NCBI GenBank assembly: GCA_905178155.1
Contig: CAJINV010000028.1
Location: 41,761-105,760 of the forward strand
DNA length: 64,000 bases
Origin: Amoebophrya sp. A120
Lineage: Eukaryota; Protista; Dinoflagellata
Reading direction: 5' to 3'
In this document: positions 1 to 12,588 of the stretch, piece by piece
Position numbering within the stretch: the first letter of the stretch is position 1
How the letters are laid out: every line of letters begins with the position of its first letter
Translations under genes and position numbers: made by a program
The notes under the pieces: model-generated
Seen by the model: the letters and a program-made list of their open reading frames with translations, nothing else
Database searches by the model: none
What the model was told of the DNA's origin: nothing

Positions 1-1439
1 AAAACTCCTCGAACCTCTTCTACGCTGCGCAACGACTGCAAATGATAAATAAGATCACGGTAGTTCCTGGTTGCAGAGCAGTTCGCGCTCGCATTGCTGT
101 TGCTCCCAACGCAACACATTGATCAGTTCGGTCTCAGTGGGGTCCCCCCTCAGCCAGCGGATCATCAAAAAAAATGAACAATCCAGGATGGATCATCAAC
201 ATCAACTTCAGCAAACAAAAGACGAGAATCAGTGTCAGGACAACTGCCTCGTCTCCCATTTTCTATATACGCTCGCTTTATTGCAAGACAAAGAAATATC
301 CCTTGTGCAAGATCATGGAGCTGCTTCAGCTCTAGACCTTCTGTACCTATTCGGGTCTACTTTTGGTTTTGACGTGTACAACATCTTACAGGAACTAAGT
401 TGGCCGGAGCTCATTTCTCTACGGAGCACTGCAGCGGAAGCTACTTTTTCTGCAAAAAAATTTGCAGTGTTGAAAACAAGTTCCAGCGCTATCTCTGGTA
501 GCGACGCTCAACAGATTAATTTGTGCTGTCATCTGTATGTATGCCTGCACAGAATCGCTATGGCGCATTTCAATTTATTCTGTAGCGCTCGGAGCCAGTG
601 TTAAAGCGGGCAACGCGCTTTCAGGAATTAATGGCCCGCGGTCACCTACACCGTCTTGCTGCCCGCTCCTACCTCGCAATCATCGATAAAAATCTGGAGC
701 AGCAGCAGCTTTTCTCCTCACCCAAGATCTTCGTTGCTGTCGGATTCTGGAAGTTTTGCACCTGCGGCTGTCAGAGCACTTCTCAGCGGTTCTACCGGCG
801 ACGAGCTCCGCTTTATCGTACCCTGCGCAGCGGCTTTTTCGCAAGAGAACTCCGCGTCTAGTTTTGCAAGCACATCCACAGAATACCCGAGAACCGCTGC
901 TGGTCCGCCCTAGACGCTGACTGAATTTCCTATTCTTGTGCCGTGGCATGTGGCTCCGAAGACAAGACTTCTGTGCCTGAGAAGTCGGTCATACGCTCTG
1001 TTGTGGTGTCGTCAGACAGCGCTCCGATAGAGGCAGTAAGCCTGTGTCGTATGTTTTCGTCGTTTTGTCCACCGGATGCCCCACTCCTTCTCCCTCTGCC
1101 CCGACTCTGCTGGGGAATGAGGTCGCATTAGCGGCGGTTGCCCGGACTGTCGCTGCCGTCCTGAATGACCGCGCACACTCCGACTCGACCAAAATGGCGC
1201 TGCCGTCGTCGCACTTTTTGATGCGCAGAAACTCGCGGACCTCCTCGTCGCGTCAAAAGCGCCGTCCACAAGTCGCCCGAAGCACCCAGGAGGTGTGTCT
1301 CGCGCCGAGAAGGACTGCCTCGGGGAAGCGGGACTACGAGTATCTCGCAGCAGCCTCATGTGCTGCAGTATTCCATGCTGCGCCTATTGCAGCTTGCGGT
1401 CGGTCTGAGATCGTGATCGCGCGAAGTGCATATCTTCCT

Positions 1440-2330
1440 CTAGCGCCTTTGGTTCAGCAGGTTCGCCTGCGCCTTCTCGCGCGGGCCGGTCGGGGACGCG
1501 AGACCACGGCTTGCAGCAGCCTAGCCCCTTGCTGCGGTCCTCCGTAGCGCAGCGTCTGTTCCTCGCTGAGCCTTCGATCTCGCGAGAGGTACATCTTTGG
1601 CGGCGCCATCTTTGGCCGAGGTGGCATCCGGAACCACGCGCGGGTCGGGTTGAAGCCCGAGGCTAGTAGCGCTCGCGGCAGCGCGTTATGCTGCAGCATT
1701 CTACTCTGCGCCTGTTGGAGCGTCCATACCGAGAGGCGCTTGTTCATCGGTGACACCTTTTCGGAGCGCGAACTCACCGACCGTCTGTGCCGGGGTCGGA
1801 GCTTGCAGCAGCTCCGACCGTCTTGCGGCTGCTGCCGCCCATTCCACATGATGCAGCACGTTCCGACCAGCATCCTCTTCGGCAGCATTTTCCGATGCGG
1901 TGCCAAACTTCCGCTTTAGGGGTCTTCCAGATATTACAGTGTCTCTCGCTCGCTTCGGCTCACTTCGATGACCGGCATCACTTCCTAGAGGCAGCTTGTC
2001 TGCACTGTAATTTGCGCTGTGCTCACCTTATTCGGAAGGCGCACGCCGACGATGCGCGGCAGCGCCCGGGGGCTTGGTTCTACTATATTACCTCTGTGTA
2101 GCAGCGCATGCCGGTAGATGCCGTCCCGGTCGTACCAACAGCGCCCTTCGCCGACGTCGTTTTGGTGAGCAAGCGACGGCGTGCTATCAACACTGCCTCG
2201 CCCAGTTGAAGACGAATCTCCGTACCGGGGGTGAGGGAGGCCGGCAACGTGATTCTGTCCCTGAGGCTGGAGTCGTCGGAAGGAGGCTCAGGAGGTAGCA
2301 CCACCACGACCGTGCGTTGATGAAAAAAAT
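1440..2330 (-). CDS. Exon(s) of a hypothetical low-complexity protein; paralog of 21820-22650
   Basis: Coding-like GC-rich sequence that aligns by eye with 21820-22650 (shared GAGGCTAGTAGCGCTCGCGGCAG, CATACCGAGAGG, CGCGAACTCACCGACCGTCT). Exact frame and boundaries were not resolved. Confidence 0.4.
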
Positions 2331-2945
2331 TCGTATACAAGTCAGCACATAGTACTACCCGTCTCATCATAGAAGAAATTGCGTCTTTTTTGAGCGAGCG
2401 GGCAGGGAGTACTGCTGTAACTGTGTTGTGCAGTGGTACGGTAGCCGTATTAACTTGTTCATGTTCATGTTCTGTATCTGTAGCTGTACAGCAGTATGCA
2501 TGACAAAAAAGATATCCGCGTCTGCTAGTATGAAAGGCGTATGCCAAATGATTTGCATCCATCGGGATCGGTGCTGTATTGCATTTCATCTTTTCTGTCT
2601 GATAAACCGGCAGGGTGCCACGGAGACTCCAATAGCAGTCTCCTTCTGGCGATCAACCCGCGCATAGCCGAAGACCTCCGTATTCAGTTGCGTGAGAGAC
2701 GTCTCCGACTGGAGCTGCAGACGCTCCGGATCGTAGTGGCCACACGGAATCAGCTGATCTTTCGGCGATCGGAAATAGATTAGTTTGAGCGCGTCGCTTG
2801 ATCCAGCAGGGCCTGCGCTGTCTCCGGCCTCAGCGGTGAATTCCTTTTTGTTCCACACAGCCGCTCCGCAAAAGGCAATGCGGGCGCTTCAGGCAGATGC
2901 GGGCGGAGAACGGGCGCGGAAGGGAGACGTCGAACCCCGCTTCAG

Positions 2946-3022
2946 TGCCCCCGTTGCCGACAGGTGGTTTCCGCAGCTTCAGCATTGCTTGCCCCCGTTG
3001 CCGACAGGTGGTTTCCGCAGCT
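2946..3022. repeat. 33-bp direct repeat x2 (period 44)
   Basis: TGCCCCCGTTGCCGACAGGTGGTTTCCGCAGCT at 2946-2978 and 2990-3022. Confidence 0.9.
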
Positions 3023-4819
3023 AAATTTTCGTACGAGGCAACCACTGCAACTGTAGGTCGCTGCCCTCGTGCGCGGGATCGTTGCACGTGCGACCGGAAC
3101 ATGACGGTGAAAACGCGCCGCATACAAAAGCTCCTGATGATGATGATGGGCAGGAGGAAAAGTGTCGCCCTGCTTGTTGCGCACAAACCGAATGATACCG
3201 CATATACCACCACGACACCGAGGGCACGCTCACGAATTTGTGGCTCCAAGACGAAGTGAGTCTATCACGTCAACATGCTGGTCGCAGAAATCCCGGATTG
3301 CCCAGATAAATTCGAGCGCGCCGTGGTCGACAGAGGCCGACGACGGTCCATGCACAGCAACTGCAGCACCAAGATATCCTCCGGTGAAACCACAGCCCCT
3401 TGCTTATCGAAGGCGATAGCTCTGTGTCTGTGCCTGAGAAGTCGATCAACATACGCTCTGCCATAGTACAGCGCTCCGATAGAGGCAGTAGGCCTGTGCT
3501 GTACATTCTCGTCGCTTTGTGCGCAGGAGGCCGCGCTCTCTGTGCCTCTGTCCTCCGCGAGGACGTCGCAGGACTGAGTGAGGTAACATTGGCGACGGCC
3601 GCCTGGGCTGTCGTAGAGTCCTAAGCACCCTGGCGTACTCCGATTTTTCTCGATGGCGCGATCGTACCCGAGTTTGAGTCGTTTTACGAGCTGGCTCCTC
3701 CTCCGTTGCCAGCATCAGAACCTCCACGAGGACTCCTCGAAGGTGTTTTGAAGAATTGGAAAATGTCGTCGCCTTCGCACATTGAGCTAGATGATCCCCG
3801 CTCGACACCGCAGCGCCAGTAAAGGAGGCATCACTCCTTTTTGTCACCGACCCGACCTGGCTTTCGCCGTCGAACACAAAGACCAGTACTGGTAGTGGTC
3901 GGAATTGAGAATGAGAAAATTCGTGGCTCAGGATCGGCCTAGCATCTTCATGTGTGGTAGTAGCTGCAGTATGGCGACCTGCTTTCTCGTGCCTCGCCCG
4001 CCATCCGACGACGAAATTGCGTAATTTCCGCAAATCTGGACGACCTCTCTTGCCCCCGTGTTGCACGACCACTCGGCACAGGGCGTAGCTCGCCAGCCTT
4101 TTACGGAGAGAAGCCCGGCGCTGAGAGATGGATCGGCTGCACTAAAGTAGCTTCTTTATCATCGGCGGAGAAACGTTTACTAGCAGAGGGACGTCGCAGC
4201 AATTTCATTCTCGACCTCAGCTGGTGAATGGGCGCTTTTTCACTTCGACGTGTCGTTGTGTAGTAGCTCTTGCCCTCCACCGCAATAGCGGGTGCGCCAC
4301 GCGCTTCTACTTTTCTTGTCGGCAATAGAAATCCACCGTCGGATGGCAAAATCATGCCGGCCTCTTTCAGCATCTCGCGAGGGACCTCGTGCACACCGAC
4401 ATCAATGTGATCGCTGACGAAAGCCGGTTTGTGTAAAACTAAAAGTTGCTTCGTCCCCCGTTGGGGTAACGCTACTAGTGCTGCTAATGTGGTCCCTGGC
4501 TGTGCCACTTCTGGCCGCCGCCCGCTGGGAAAAACCTGTGTTATTTCATGATGATGACCACGCTGCGCTCGAGTTACAACACACGAGCACGCTCCTTGTG
4601 CCACGCAGGACAGCTCTCGTTTCGCGCGACACTAGGTAGAGGCACACCGACTTTCAGAAGCTCCTGCTTCCGCATTCAGATGCGGGCTCAATTTCTTCGG
4701 ATAAAAGTGCAGCAAAGACCGAACTTGAAAGACGTCGCCGGTCTTCTCAACCGGTTGGAGATCGATATACGCGAGCGCCGTCTGCCGACATTTGCGCGGC
4801 GCGCCCAACTTTGTGACAG

Positions 4820-5265
4820 CGCTGCACTGCGCACCCTGCACCTGTTCACACTTGTTCACACTTCGCACTTGTTCACACTTCACACACGACCACACTTCAC
4901 ACATGATCACGCTTCACACATGTTTACACTTCGCACTTGTTCACACACACTTCACATCCGTTCGCACTGTGCACTTGCCGGTTCAGAAAATCTTGTCCGA
5001 CCAAAAAGTCGATAAAATCGTGGCTGTGCGTGTCTTAGCATCATCGCTGGTGGTGTCGATGAAGATGATATCGATGATGATGCCGACGATGATACCGATG
5101 ATAATACCGATGATGAAGATCAAGATGTCGCCACAAAACATGCGACATATGGAAACAGCAAAAAAACAAAAACACTACGCCCACAACTGTGCGCCGCTGC
5201 CGCCGACCTGTAAATGTCGCCGACCTGGAAATGTCGTCGACCTGTAAATGTCGCCGACCTGTAAA
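4820..5265. repeat. Low-complexity tract: (CACTTGTTCACA)-like repeats, GAT-rich repeats and (CGCCGACCTGTAAATGT)-like repeats
   Basis: Degenerate short tandem repeats are visible at about 4820-4975, 5055-5130 and 5200-5265. Confidence 0.8.
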
Positions 5266-6371
5266 CGTTTTTTCTTCGTGTCTTTTCGGAGCTGTTTTTT
5301 CCGAGTGAGGAGGTGATTGAAAAAGAACAACTTATTATGCGGAATCGAAATAAAAAGTGATCACTTCAAAAACAGGCTTTTGCGCGAGCCTCAGTCAAGA
5401 ACTTGACAAATATACCTTCGCCCTGGCATCCGCGTCCGCAATTCCATCGCCTTCGATCATGTGTGGCCATTTTTGTTTTGCTTTGATGATGGGCCCAACT
5501 GTGAGGTCTGGGCTGTAGATGAGTCGATTAGCTTTCCTGTCCTGCTTTGGGTTTGGGAAATGAAAAAAAAACGGCTCGCGTGGTGGATGAAAGTCGTATA
5601 GTGAAAAAATGGATCTGGATGCATTTGAAGGCGATGCTGATCTTCATCTTTTGCGCCGAATCGATCTGATGCGAGTTGTACTCTGGATCTGTGTCATATT
5701 GGCAAAAGTAGCTGATCTTCTGTGGAAGGTTGGGATCGTTGTGCTTCTGCACACTGCACAAAGCCGAGCAGTAAACTGTGATCCGCCAAAATAATGCCTC
5801 TCTCTCAGTATTTTGTTCTACGGCATTGTTCAAATCGGGGCAGCCTGATCATTTCTCTTCGTAAAAATCGTAGTAAAGCTCACAGAGTGCTGGCTTTGCT
5901 GGAGAAGGATCCTGATACTCGACAAGAACAGAAGAATACATCCTCGGAAGGCAAATTGTCGATGGCCTGGCTTTGCTAACTCTAGAGATCGGATCTCGTC
6001 CTTTATGCTGTGTGATCTGTTTCTGATTTTGGACTTGATTCATCGGGATCATCAAAGCTGTGAAGATTAAGGAGTCATTTTTAAATTTCCAGATCTGCTC
6101 ATTCGAGAAAGATCTCAGAACCGACACTATTGACGTTGATTTCTTTCTGTCTTTCTTGTCGTGCCTGGGCATGGCGTCAAATGTTCCAGGCCTTGAAAAC
6201 GCCGAGTATATGTATATCTTCGTCGCGGAGTTGTAACGATGTACTTTGACTGTGGCAAAATTTTTGTTTGCACCATTTTCGCAATTACGACTTGGATTTT
6301 TTAGGCCGGGGAAAAATGAATCGATGATCCGCCATTGCCATCGCGATATCCTACGCAGTCTGGCTTTACAA

Positions 6372-7171
6372 TTACATTTCCATAGCAAAGTCTTCCTCCT
6401 CTTCCATGTTTAAAAACTCCTCCGCCTCATCGTCATAGTTTTCCGACTCCTCATATTCGTACTCCATTTCGACGTCCTCTTCCAGAACCTCCCCATCCTC
6501 CTCGTACTCGTCGTCGGCATCGACATGCTCACCCACCTCCTCGTGATACTGCTCGCCCCCTTCTACATCGACATTCTCCTCCACCAGTTGCCTCTCGTCA
6601 AAACCGGACGAGACCTCCGCAGCAAGAGCTTCCGGAGCATCGGCGAAGTTGTTGCCATTGCCACCACCGCCTATCGAAAAGTTGTCCGTGTTGAAGGTAC
6701 CGGAAGTGCTTGGGCTTGTAGAGGCGGTGGTCGCCGGGGTTTGGGGCGCGAACATCTGCTGGTCCAGCATTCCCTCTTTCGAGCGGAACACCTGGTTCGG
6801 GAAAATCACACCTTCATCCAACCACTTGTGCAAGCACGGACGGCAGTGCAAGTCCTTAAAAATGACCTCCGAGCAGTAGCGGGCCTGCAACACATCCTCG
6901 TCATCGGATTCCTCTTCGGAGGACATTTTTTCCTCGTTTTCCGCAGACAGTTCCCCGTCGGTGTCGTTTTCGGAACGGTTGTCGCCATTGTTCTGTTGAT
7001 CGTCGTTTGCATCATCCGCATTTTGTTGTACCTGTTGCTGATGTCCACGTCCAGCAGCAGCAACGCCCAGGTCAATATCATTTTGTGCTCCATAATTGTC
7101 GTTTCTTCTTCTTCTTCTTCTTTCGATTCCCTCCTCCATCATCCGCACAACCCGCACCAGCGTGGGTCGCC
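6372..7171 (-). CDS. Acidic exon of the host gene interrupted by the cassette array
   Basis: 268-aa E/D-rich ORF (6372..7178) bounded by introner-like sequence. It continues upstream via exons ~7322-7380 and ~7543-7789. Confidence 0.7.
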
Positions 7172-7321
7172 TTTGCATTGCAAAAGTATCGTACTAGTAT
7201 AAATTGCATTACAAATTTTTCCAAAAGGAAAAAGGGAATTTGTAATGCTGATTCAGCTAAAAAGAGAGATTTGTGATGCATGACTGCAATTACTACGAGT
7301 GCGATACTTTTGCACAGGATA
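7172..7321. mobile_element. Introner-like non-canonical intron, TGCAAAAGTATCG family
   Basis: IR TGCAAAAGTATCG (7179-7191) / CGATACTTTTGCA (7302-7314); flanks TCGCC/TCGAC; separates coding segments. Confidence 0.8.
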
Positions 7322-7380
7322 TCGACCGTGCTCCAGCAAGCCGAATTGTATCAGACATCTCTTCCGCCAGTCTGGGGGGG

Positions 7381-7542
7381 TATACGGTGCAAAAGTATCG
7401 TTATCGTATTCGTTTTCGTACAAGAAGTAGAAACCGCATGACAAATTTCCTCAGCATGAGAAATGGAATTTGTAATGCGGATTTACATTGAGAAAGAAAT
7501 CTGTAATGCATGACTGCGATAGTACAACTTTTGCAATGCATA
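7381..7542. mobile_element. Introner-like non-canonical intron, TGCAAAAGT family
   Basis: IR TGCAAAAGT / ACTTTTGCAATGCATA, with internal GCATGACAA and TTGTAATGC motifs. Confidence 0.75.
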
Positions 7543-7789
7543 ACGGTTCAGCTTCAGCAAAACGTCGTACTCCTCGACCTCGTCCAACCGTCCCAGTCTC
7601 CGGTTCCTCCCCGAACAAATCGTCACTGTGCATCGCGTTTTTATTCGGTTGAGTCGCCTTTGCTCCTCTTCCCTTCTCTTTTGTCGCTCTTCTGCTTCCC
7701 GTTCTTGCCGCATCATATCCGAACAACCGTACCGCTGCTCTTCCGGGGACAGTTTGAGCCAATCTTCGTGAAATCGTCCTCTTCCCTTT
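7543..7789 (-). CDS. Host exon, 3' part of the disrupted target exon (KGRGRFHEDWLKLSPEEQRYG...LLKLNR)
   Basis: Part of ORF 7483..7941. The 28-bp site encodes KGRGRFHED in this frame, followed by a coiled-coil-like E/R-rich segment. Confidence 0.7.
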
Positions 7790-9191
7790 TCACACAGCAC
7801 AGGATGTGATGATAAATAATTTATGTCACAGCTGACATCCCGCCTCACAGCTGACATCCCGCCCTCCTCCTTCGCGCGGAAATTCCTCAAGCACCACGGC
7901 CTCCTGACGGTGAACGCGGTTGCGTCAGCAAATTTCGACAAAAGTAAGTTGTTCCAGGCGCTGACCCCGTTGGCGCAGAGTGAGGTGAGGCAGTTGATCC
8001 TAGCCTATTATATATTTTGTTACTATTCTCGTGTACAACTACAACGCTAGATATTGATATTTCTTGTTATGCTGATCGATAGTTGATCCGTATCCAACTA
8101 GCGCTTATGCTGAGTACGCCTCTGCGCAGAATCTGGGTGCTGCTTGCTGCAGCAGAAATTTATTACAAGTAGTAACGCGCTGATGAATATGAGTTGTGTT
8201 ATCTTTGAAGTTAAGTGCCTATCTGTAAAATTATGTGGACCTAACAAGACCAAGACCCAACAAAGAATACGATCCAGGTAGAACAAAATACAAAATGTTT
8301 ACTGACCTACTCAAGGTCGTACGTGGTTAGCTTGGGGGTATCTTTATCTTCTTATTCTTTAGCCATTGAGGCTACTCCTGTTCGTGTCATGAGGTGCATG
8401 CCATGCATCTTATCCTCATCATCATCTCCATCTTCAGTATGTGACCACCATCACATTTCCATCTTTCACTATCGTGCTATCTACTTTGGATCGTTCGTAT
8501 TGGATCTTGGGGCATGTGCTGAGTGCATTGCAATAAATTAGTAAGTTGCCTGAGTGAGAAGTGAAAGTAAACTGCACGCGCATCCACATAAAGTGCTACG
8601 CATAAGAGTAACATACATCATGGACGATATCACATGACAAAGCCATTGACTGGGAACATAATCGTGTGAGATTCTGAGTGACCAAATGCGCAGACCTAGC
8701 GCTGCCACCTTTGGTGAGACCAGCACGAAGCAGCGTGTAGCGAAACTCACTGTTTTCAAAGCTCTGGTCGGTGCGGTTAAATGCTCTGCCACACAAGTCG
8801 CAGTTGTCTCGCGCTAAGAATTCAAGGTCTTGTTTTTTTTTTAGTTTATTCTCTCTCATGTCGCTGTCGGTGTCCGCATGCACATGGATATTTAGCGCGC
8901 GCGTAGCTCTCGGTCCATCGTTACATCGCGTCCTTCCGGCACGTGACCAAGCTGAAGATGCAAATCGGTGGCGGACTTCGGTCGATGTGTGATTCGGTGT
9001 TTCTCCTTTCGTTTCTTGGGGTTTGGACTTGTGTCACTGTTGTTTTTTCCTGGGGTACTGTTTGCATCTTCGCCTCCGGATATATGACTGGGATTAATTA
9101 GACACTCACGTAAGTAGCACTCCCTTACTTGTAGCCACTAATTATTACATTGATTCCTAGTCTCGTCCTGTAATGAGACTCCGCTGAGCCA
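7790..9191 (+). mobile_element. Cassette C1 (non-autonomous)
   Basis: Flanked by 28-bp sites. Shares the leader CACAG(G/A)ATGTGATGATAAATAATTT with the recombinase cassettes. Contains a short ORF (7823-8050) and a 19-bp tandem duplicate TCACAGCTGACATCCCGCC. Confidence 0.75.
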
Positions 9192-9219
9192 ATCTTCGTG
9201 AAATCGTCCTCTTCCCTTT

Positions 9220-10750
9220 AAATGCACAGATGAATGAATAAAGAGGCTAGAATGCGAATGAGATGAAATGAAGCCTAATAAGTACTAGATGAATGCGTGG
9301 AGACAAAAAACGTAAGAAATAGTAGGACTGAGTGAGAATCTGAAACGTAGGATCTGTCTTACAGTAAGAGAGTGAGCTTCGATCTTGTCGCAGAGTGTTA
9401 CAAGCATCGCTGGTCATCTCTTGCCTCGACACAAAACTTCTGAAACACAAAGTCGAACTTGTAAAGTACTACTAAATCTAAATCCAGACTACGAAATAAG
9501 CATGACAAATTGATTGCGAGTGAAACTTACTGAGAAAGAACCTAATACGACGTCTATCTAGCATGATAAATTTTGTGTGCTTAAAACGCGCTCTGTTTCT
9601 GAATTTAAATCCAGTGGTCTAACCTACATCTACGAGCACATCCTGACAACAGAAGTCAGCTCTTCTTCCCAGAACGCTTCTCCTCTTCTCGTTGTGGGCT
9701 GCCCGCAACCGCTGCGGAGCTCTCGGTCTCGTACTACTCCTGGCGTCTACGCACTCGATCCCGAGTGTGCGCAACTTCTGCTGGCGATTTCTACTTTTGC
9801 TGCGCCGTCTTCCCCGCCTGCCCGATGGCAAGCGCCTAGCACTACTGCTGGGCCTCTTTCTTCGTCTTCTTCGCCGGTTTCCGCGGTGGTGCTTGCTGCC
9901 TTGCTGGTCTGGTCTGCTTCCGGTGCTGGTGGCCATATGTTTTCATGCTTCTACTACAAAAACATATCTAGCGCGGCCCTTGTTCCTCTGCCTTCTTTTC
10001 TTTGTTCGCGTAGCTTTTCCCAGTCTTTGGGCGTAGTCCTGCTGTCAGCAAATTCGACGGGTTGCGCTTTAGTCCGGCGCGGTCCTCGAATCTTGCAACA
10101 ATCTGGGCACTATCTTTCGCTTCGCTTTTCGTCCTTTCCTAGCCTAGTAGTGCGACCCAGTCCCTTTGTAGTTGCTTCTTGCCGAGCATCTACACAAGGC
10201 GTCTAGTTCTAGCACTACTGCAAGCTTGTCGGTTTCCTGCGTAAAACCTTCTTTGTGACGTAGAAAGTTTTCACGCCAGGCAACCTAGACAATTTCTAAA
10301 CGATCCAACTGCTGAGGATTCAGATTTTACGACCCAACTACGCGGCAGTTGGGCTCATAACTCTGTTGGGAAATAGTCCCAATCCTGTTTGGCAGTGGTC
10401 GTTGGATCCAGTTGGAGTGAACACAGGGCGTGTTCCAAGTCTAATCTCCATGAGCGGAGAGTATCTATCTACGATGGCACGGCGTCAATTTCTAGTCTCT
10501 ATTCAGTAACAAGTAGCCATCTTGGCCCTGTCTAGTGTGTTCGTGTGTTCATGTGAGTGCTGTGCATCTATTTCCCTATCTAGTGACCTAAGCATTTTTG
10601 ATTTTCCATGAACCTAGCTACTTGGCACGATTTTCCTACCTATTTTGTAGGCCTATGATCATTATGAGTTCTTGTACGATTTGGATCCACGACATCAGTA
10701 GGATTGGGGATTTTACCGATCCAAACACGCTGCTCTTCCGGGGACAGGTA
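9220..10750. mobile_element. Cassette C2 (non-autonomous, unknown cargo)
   Basis: Flanked by 28-bp sites. Its right end copies the host target flank (CGCTGCTCTTCCGGGGACAG). Confidence 0.7.
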
Positions 10751-10778
10751 ATCTTCGTGAAATCGTCCTCTTCCCTTT

Positions 10779-12560
10779 TACGCAACACAGAATGTGATGA
10801 TAAATAATTTGCCTCGAAATCCTATGGCACCCGATGCAAGTTGTAGCTGTAGCTGACTGATGTTGATAGTGTGTGTTGCCCGCTGCTGATGCTTGGGCCA
10901 GGAGTGCAGAGACCCTTAAGCTCCTGATGGTGCTGAAGCTTGTTCTTTTCTCTCGTGAGTCGTATTTTCGTCGATGAAGCATGACGAATGATAGTCTGCT
11001 TCTATCGTACATCGCTCGACTGATGTCGTCAAATCGTTATTGCCATCGTTGAAATGAAACTACACTCGCTGGTCGTTGTCGTTGCTTGAGTGAGCCGATG
11101 TGTAAAGCATACTTGGGTTGCAAAAGATGAGCGCTGACAGAAATTACATCAGAAATAGTTGCTATCTGTTACAGTTGCTGATAGTTTAAAGCTACTAGTA
11201 CGCATTCTCCTTTTGAAGTTGGTTTTGAATCTGTACGTGCTGAGCAAAAGCAAGATGTCCTCCTCCGCACCGTTTAAAGGCGTGATAAAGTCCGTTTCTT
11301 TGAAGAAGGACTACACCACGAACTGCAACGTCAAGCTGTGGCAGCAGTACAAGCAGGGGAGTGGTTTGATGGATGCAGTGATCACGGTGGACGCGCTGAC
11401 TGACTACGCTGAGTTCCTCGTTAGCAAACCGTATGCGTCAGCACTGAACTACCTCAGTGCGGCGGTAGGTTACGAGGCTAGCAGATCCCGACTTGAAGAA
11501 TCGGTGCACTTCGAGCGCCGATTCAAACAGCTGAAAAACTCCGTCGTGAAGGAGTTGAGTGGAGTTTTGCCCACGCAGGCGCGCGTCTTCTGTGTGAGGG
11601 AGCTGGTGCGGCTCCCGCAGCCGATGCGTACGATTCTGGTGCTCCCGATCTACCTGGGGTGGCGTGATGCATCACTGCGCGAGGCCACCAATGCTGATGT
11701 CGAGCTGGTTGGTGGCCAGCTCTTAGTCCATTGCGGGAAGGACAAGGTGAAGAAAAGCGCAGGAAGAACGGTAGCCGTCCCCTGCTGCTGCTCCCCGGCG
11801 TTCAAAAACGTCCTTTGCCCGATACATGGGCCTAGCTGGAACCTGAGCGTGGACGATGCAGACAGGGCGGAAGCGTTGCGGTCTTGCAATGCCCAGCTCT
11901 CCCGCCACTCCTTTAGGAGGACGCTGGCAGTGCATGTCCGCCTGCACCTACATGATTCCGGGCTGGAATGGGATTCCCTTCCGGCGGTGCAAAAGGCGAA
12001 AATAAATCGCCACTTCGGTTGGGGCCAAGGCAGCGTGATGTTCTGCCGGTACTCTGGCGACTACCTGAACTACGAGCAGGACCTGCGGCTCCCATTGGGC
12101 CGCATGATGGAAAGCTTCAGCCAATGACGCAGGAGGTGTGTTGCGTGCAGATGGTTCGTCCGGGGTGGCCGGGTTGTGCAGTTGGTGGCGTGCTGCTATG
12201 CGCTGGCGAGGTCACGGGACCCACAGCGTGTAGATTGGATGTGACGCTACCGAGGGCACAGCCCCCCCCATGTTGAACGATGATGGTGATCTGATTCCTA
12301 CAGTGTTGAAAGAAAGTTTTTCTTGTGTAAGTACGATGCTGCTGTGTGCCTCTGTCGCTTCGCTTTCGGTTGCTAGTTCTACTGACACACCAACGCTGAC
12401 TGCGCTATACCTTAAAAGTCTGTCATGAAAGTTGCTTTGTTCGACTACATTTTTCGGTTGCCTTGTGTATACGCTGTTTTTTTTGGGAAGCGGGACGCAT
12501 CGGATAAGTCATGCGAAGGAGCGCCTCCTCTGGTAAGGGCGGCGGGAAAGCCTCCCGCCA
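10779..12560 (+). mobile_element. Cassette C3, tyrosine-recombinase element
   Basis: Flanked by 28-bp sites; one long ORF; terminal hairpin GGCGGGA-AAGCC-TCCCGCC at 12541-12559. Confidence 0.85.
11255..12127 (+). CDS. Tyrosine recombinase (DIRS/Crypton-type YR), 290 aa from ATG 11255
   Basis: Catalytic set in the correct order: R (YLGWRDASL), K (GKDK), HxxR (HSFRR), W (HFGW), Y (FCRY). Also has the CP motif (VLCPIH) typical of eukaryotic YR elements. The paralog at 13000 supports the ATG start. Confidence 0.9.
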   Translation: MSSSAPFKGVIKSVSLKKDYTTNCNVKLWQQYKQGSGLMDAVITVDALTDYAEFLVSKPYASALNYLSAAVGYEASRSRLEESVHFERRFKQLKNSVVKELSGVLPTQARVFCVRELVRLPQPMRTILVLPIYLGWRDASLREATNADVELVGGQLLVHCGKDKVKKSAGRTVAVPCCCSPAFKNVLCPIHGPSWNLSVDDADRAEALRSCNAQLSRHSFRRTLAVHVRLHLHDSGLEWDSLPAVQKAKINRHFGWGQGSVMFCRYSGDYLNYEQDLRLPLGRMMESFSQ

Positions 12561-12588
12561 ATCTTCGTGAAATCGTCCTCTTCCCTTT

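Noticed and set aside
7802-7840. Box C/D snoRNA-like signature (GGATG-TGATGA...CTGA-CATCC) at the start of C1
   Set aside because: Too short, k-turn spacing is non-canonical, and the D box and stem are not conserved in the other cassette leaders.
11159-11254. 322-aa YR starting at TTG 11159
   Set aside because: The paralog in C4 begins at the equivalent of ATG 11255; the upstream extension is likely spurious.
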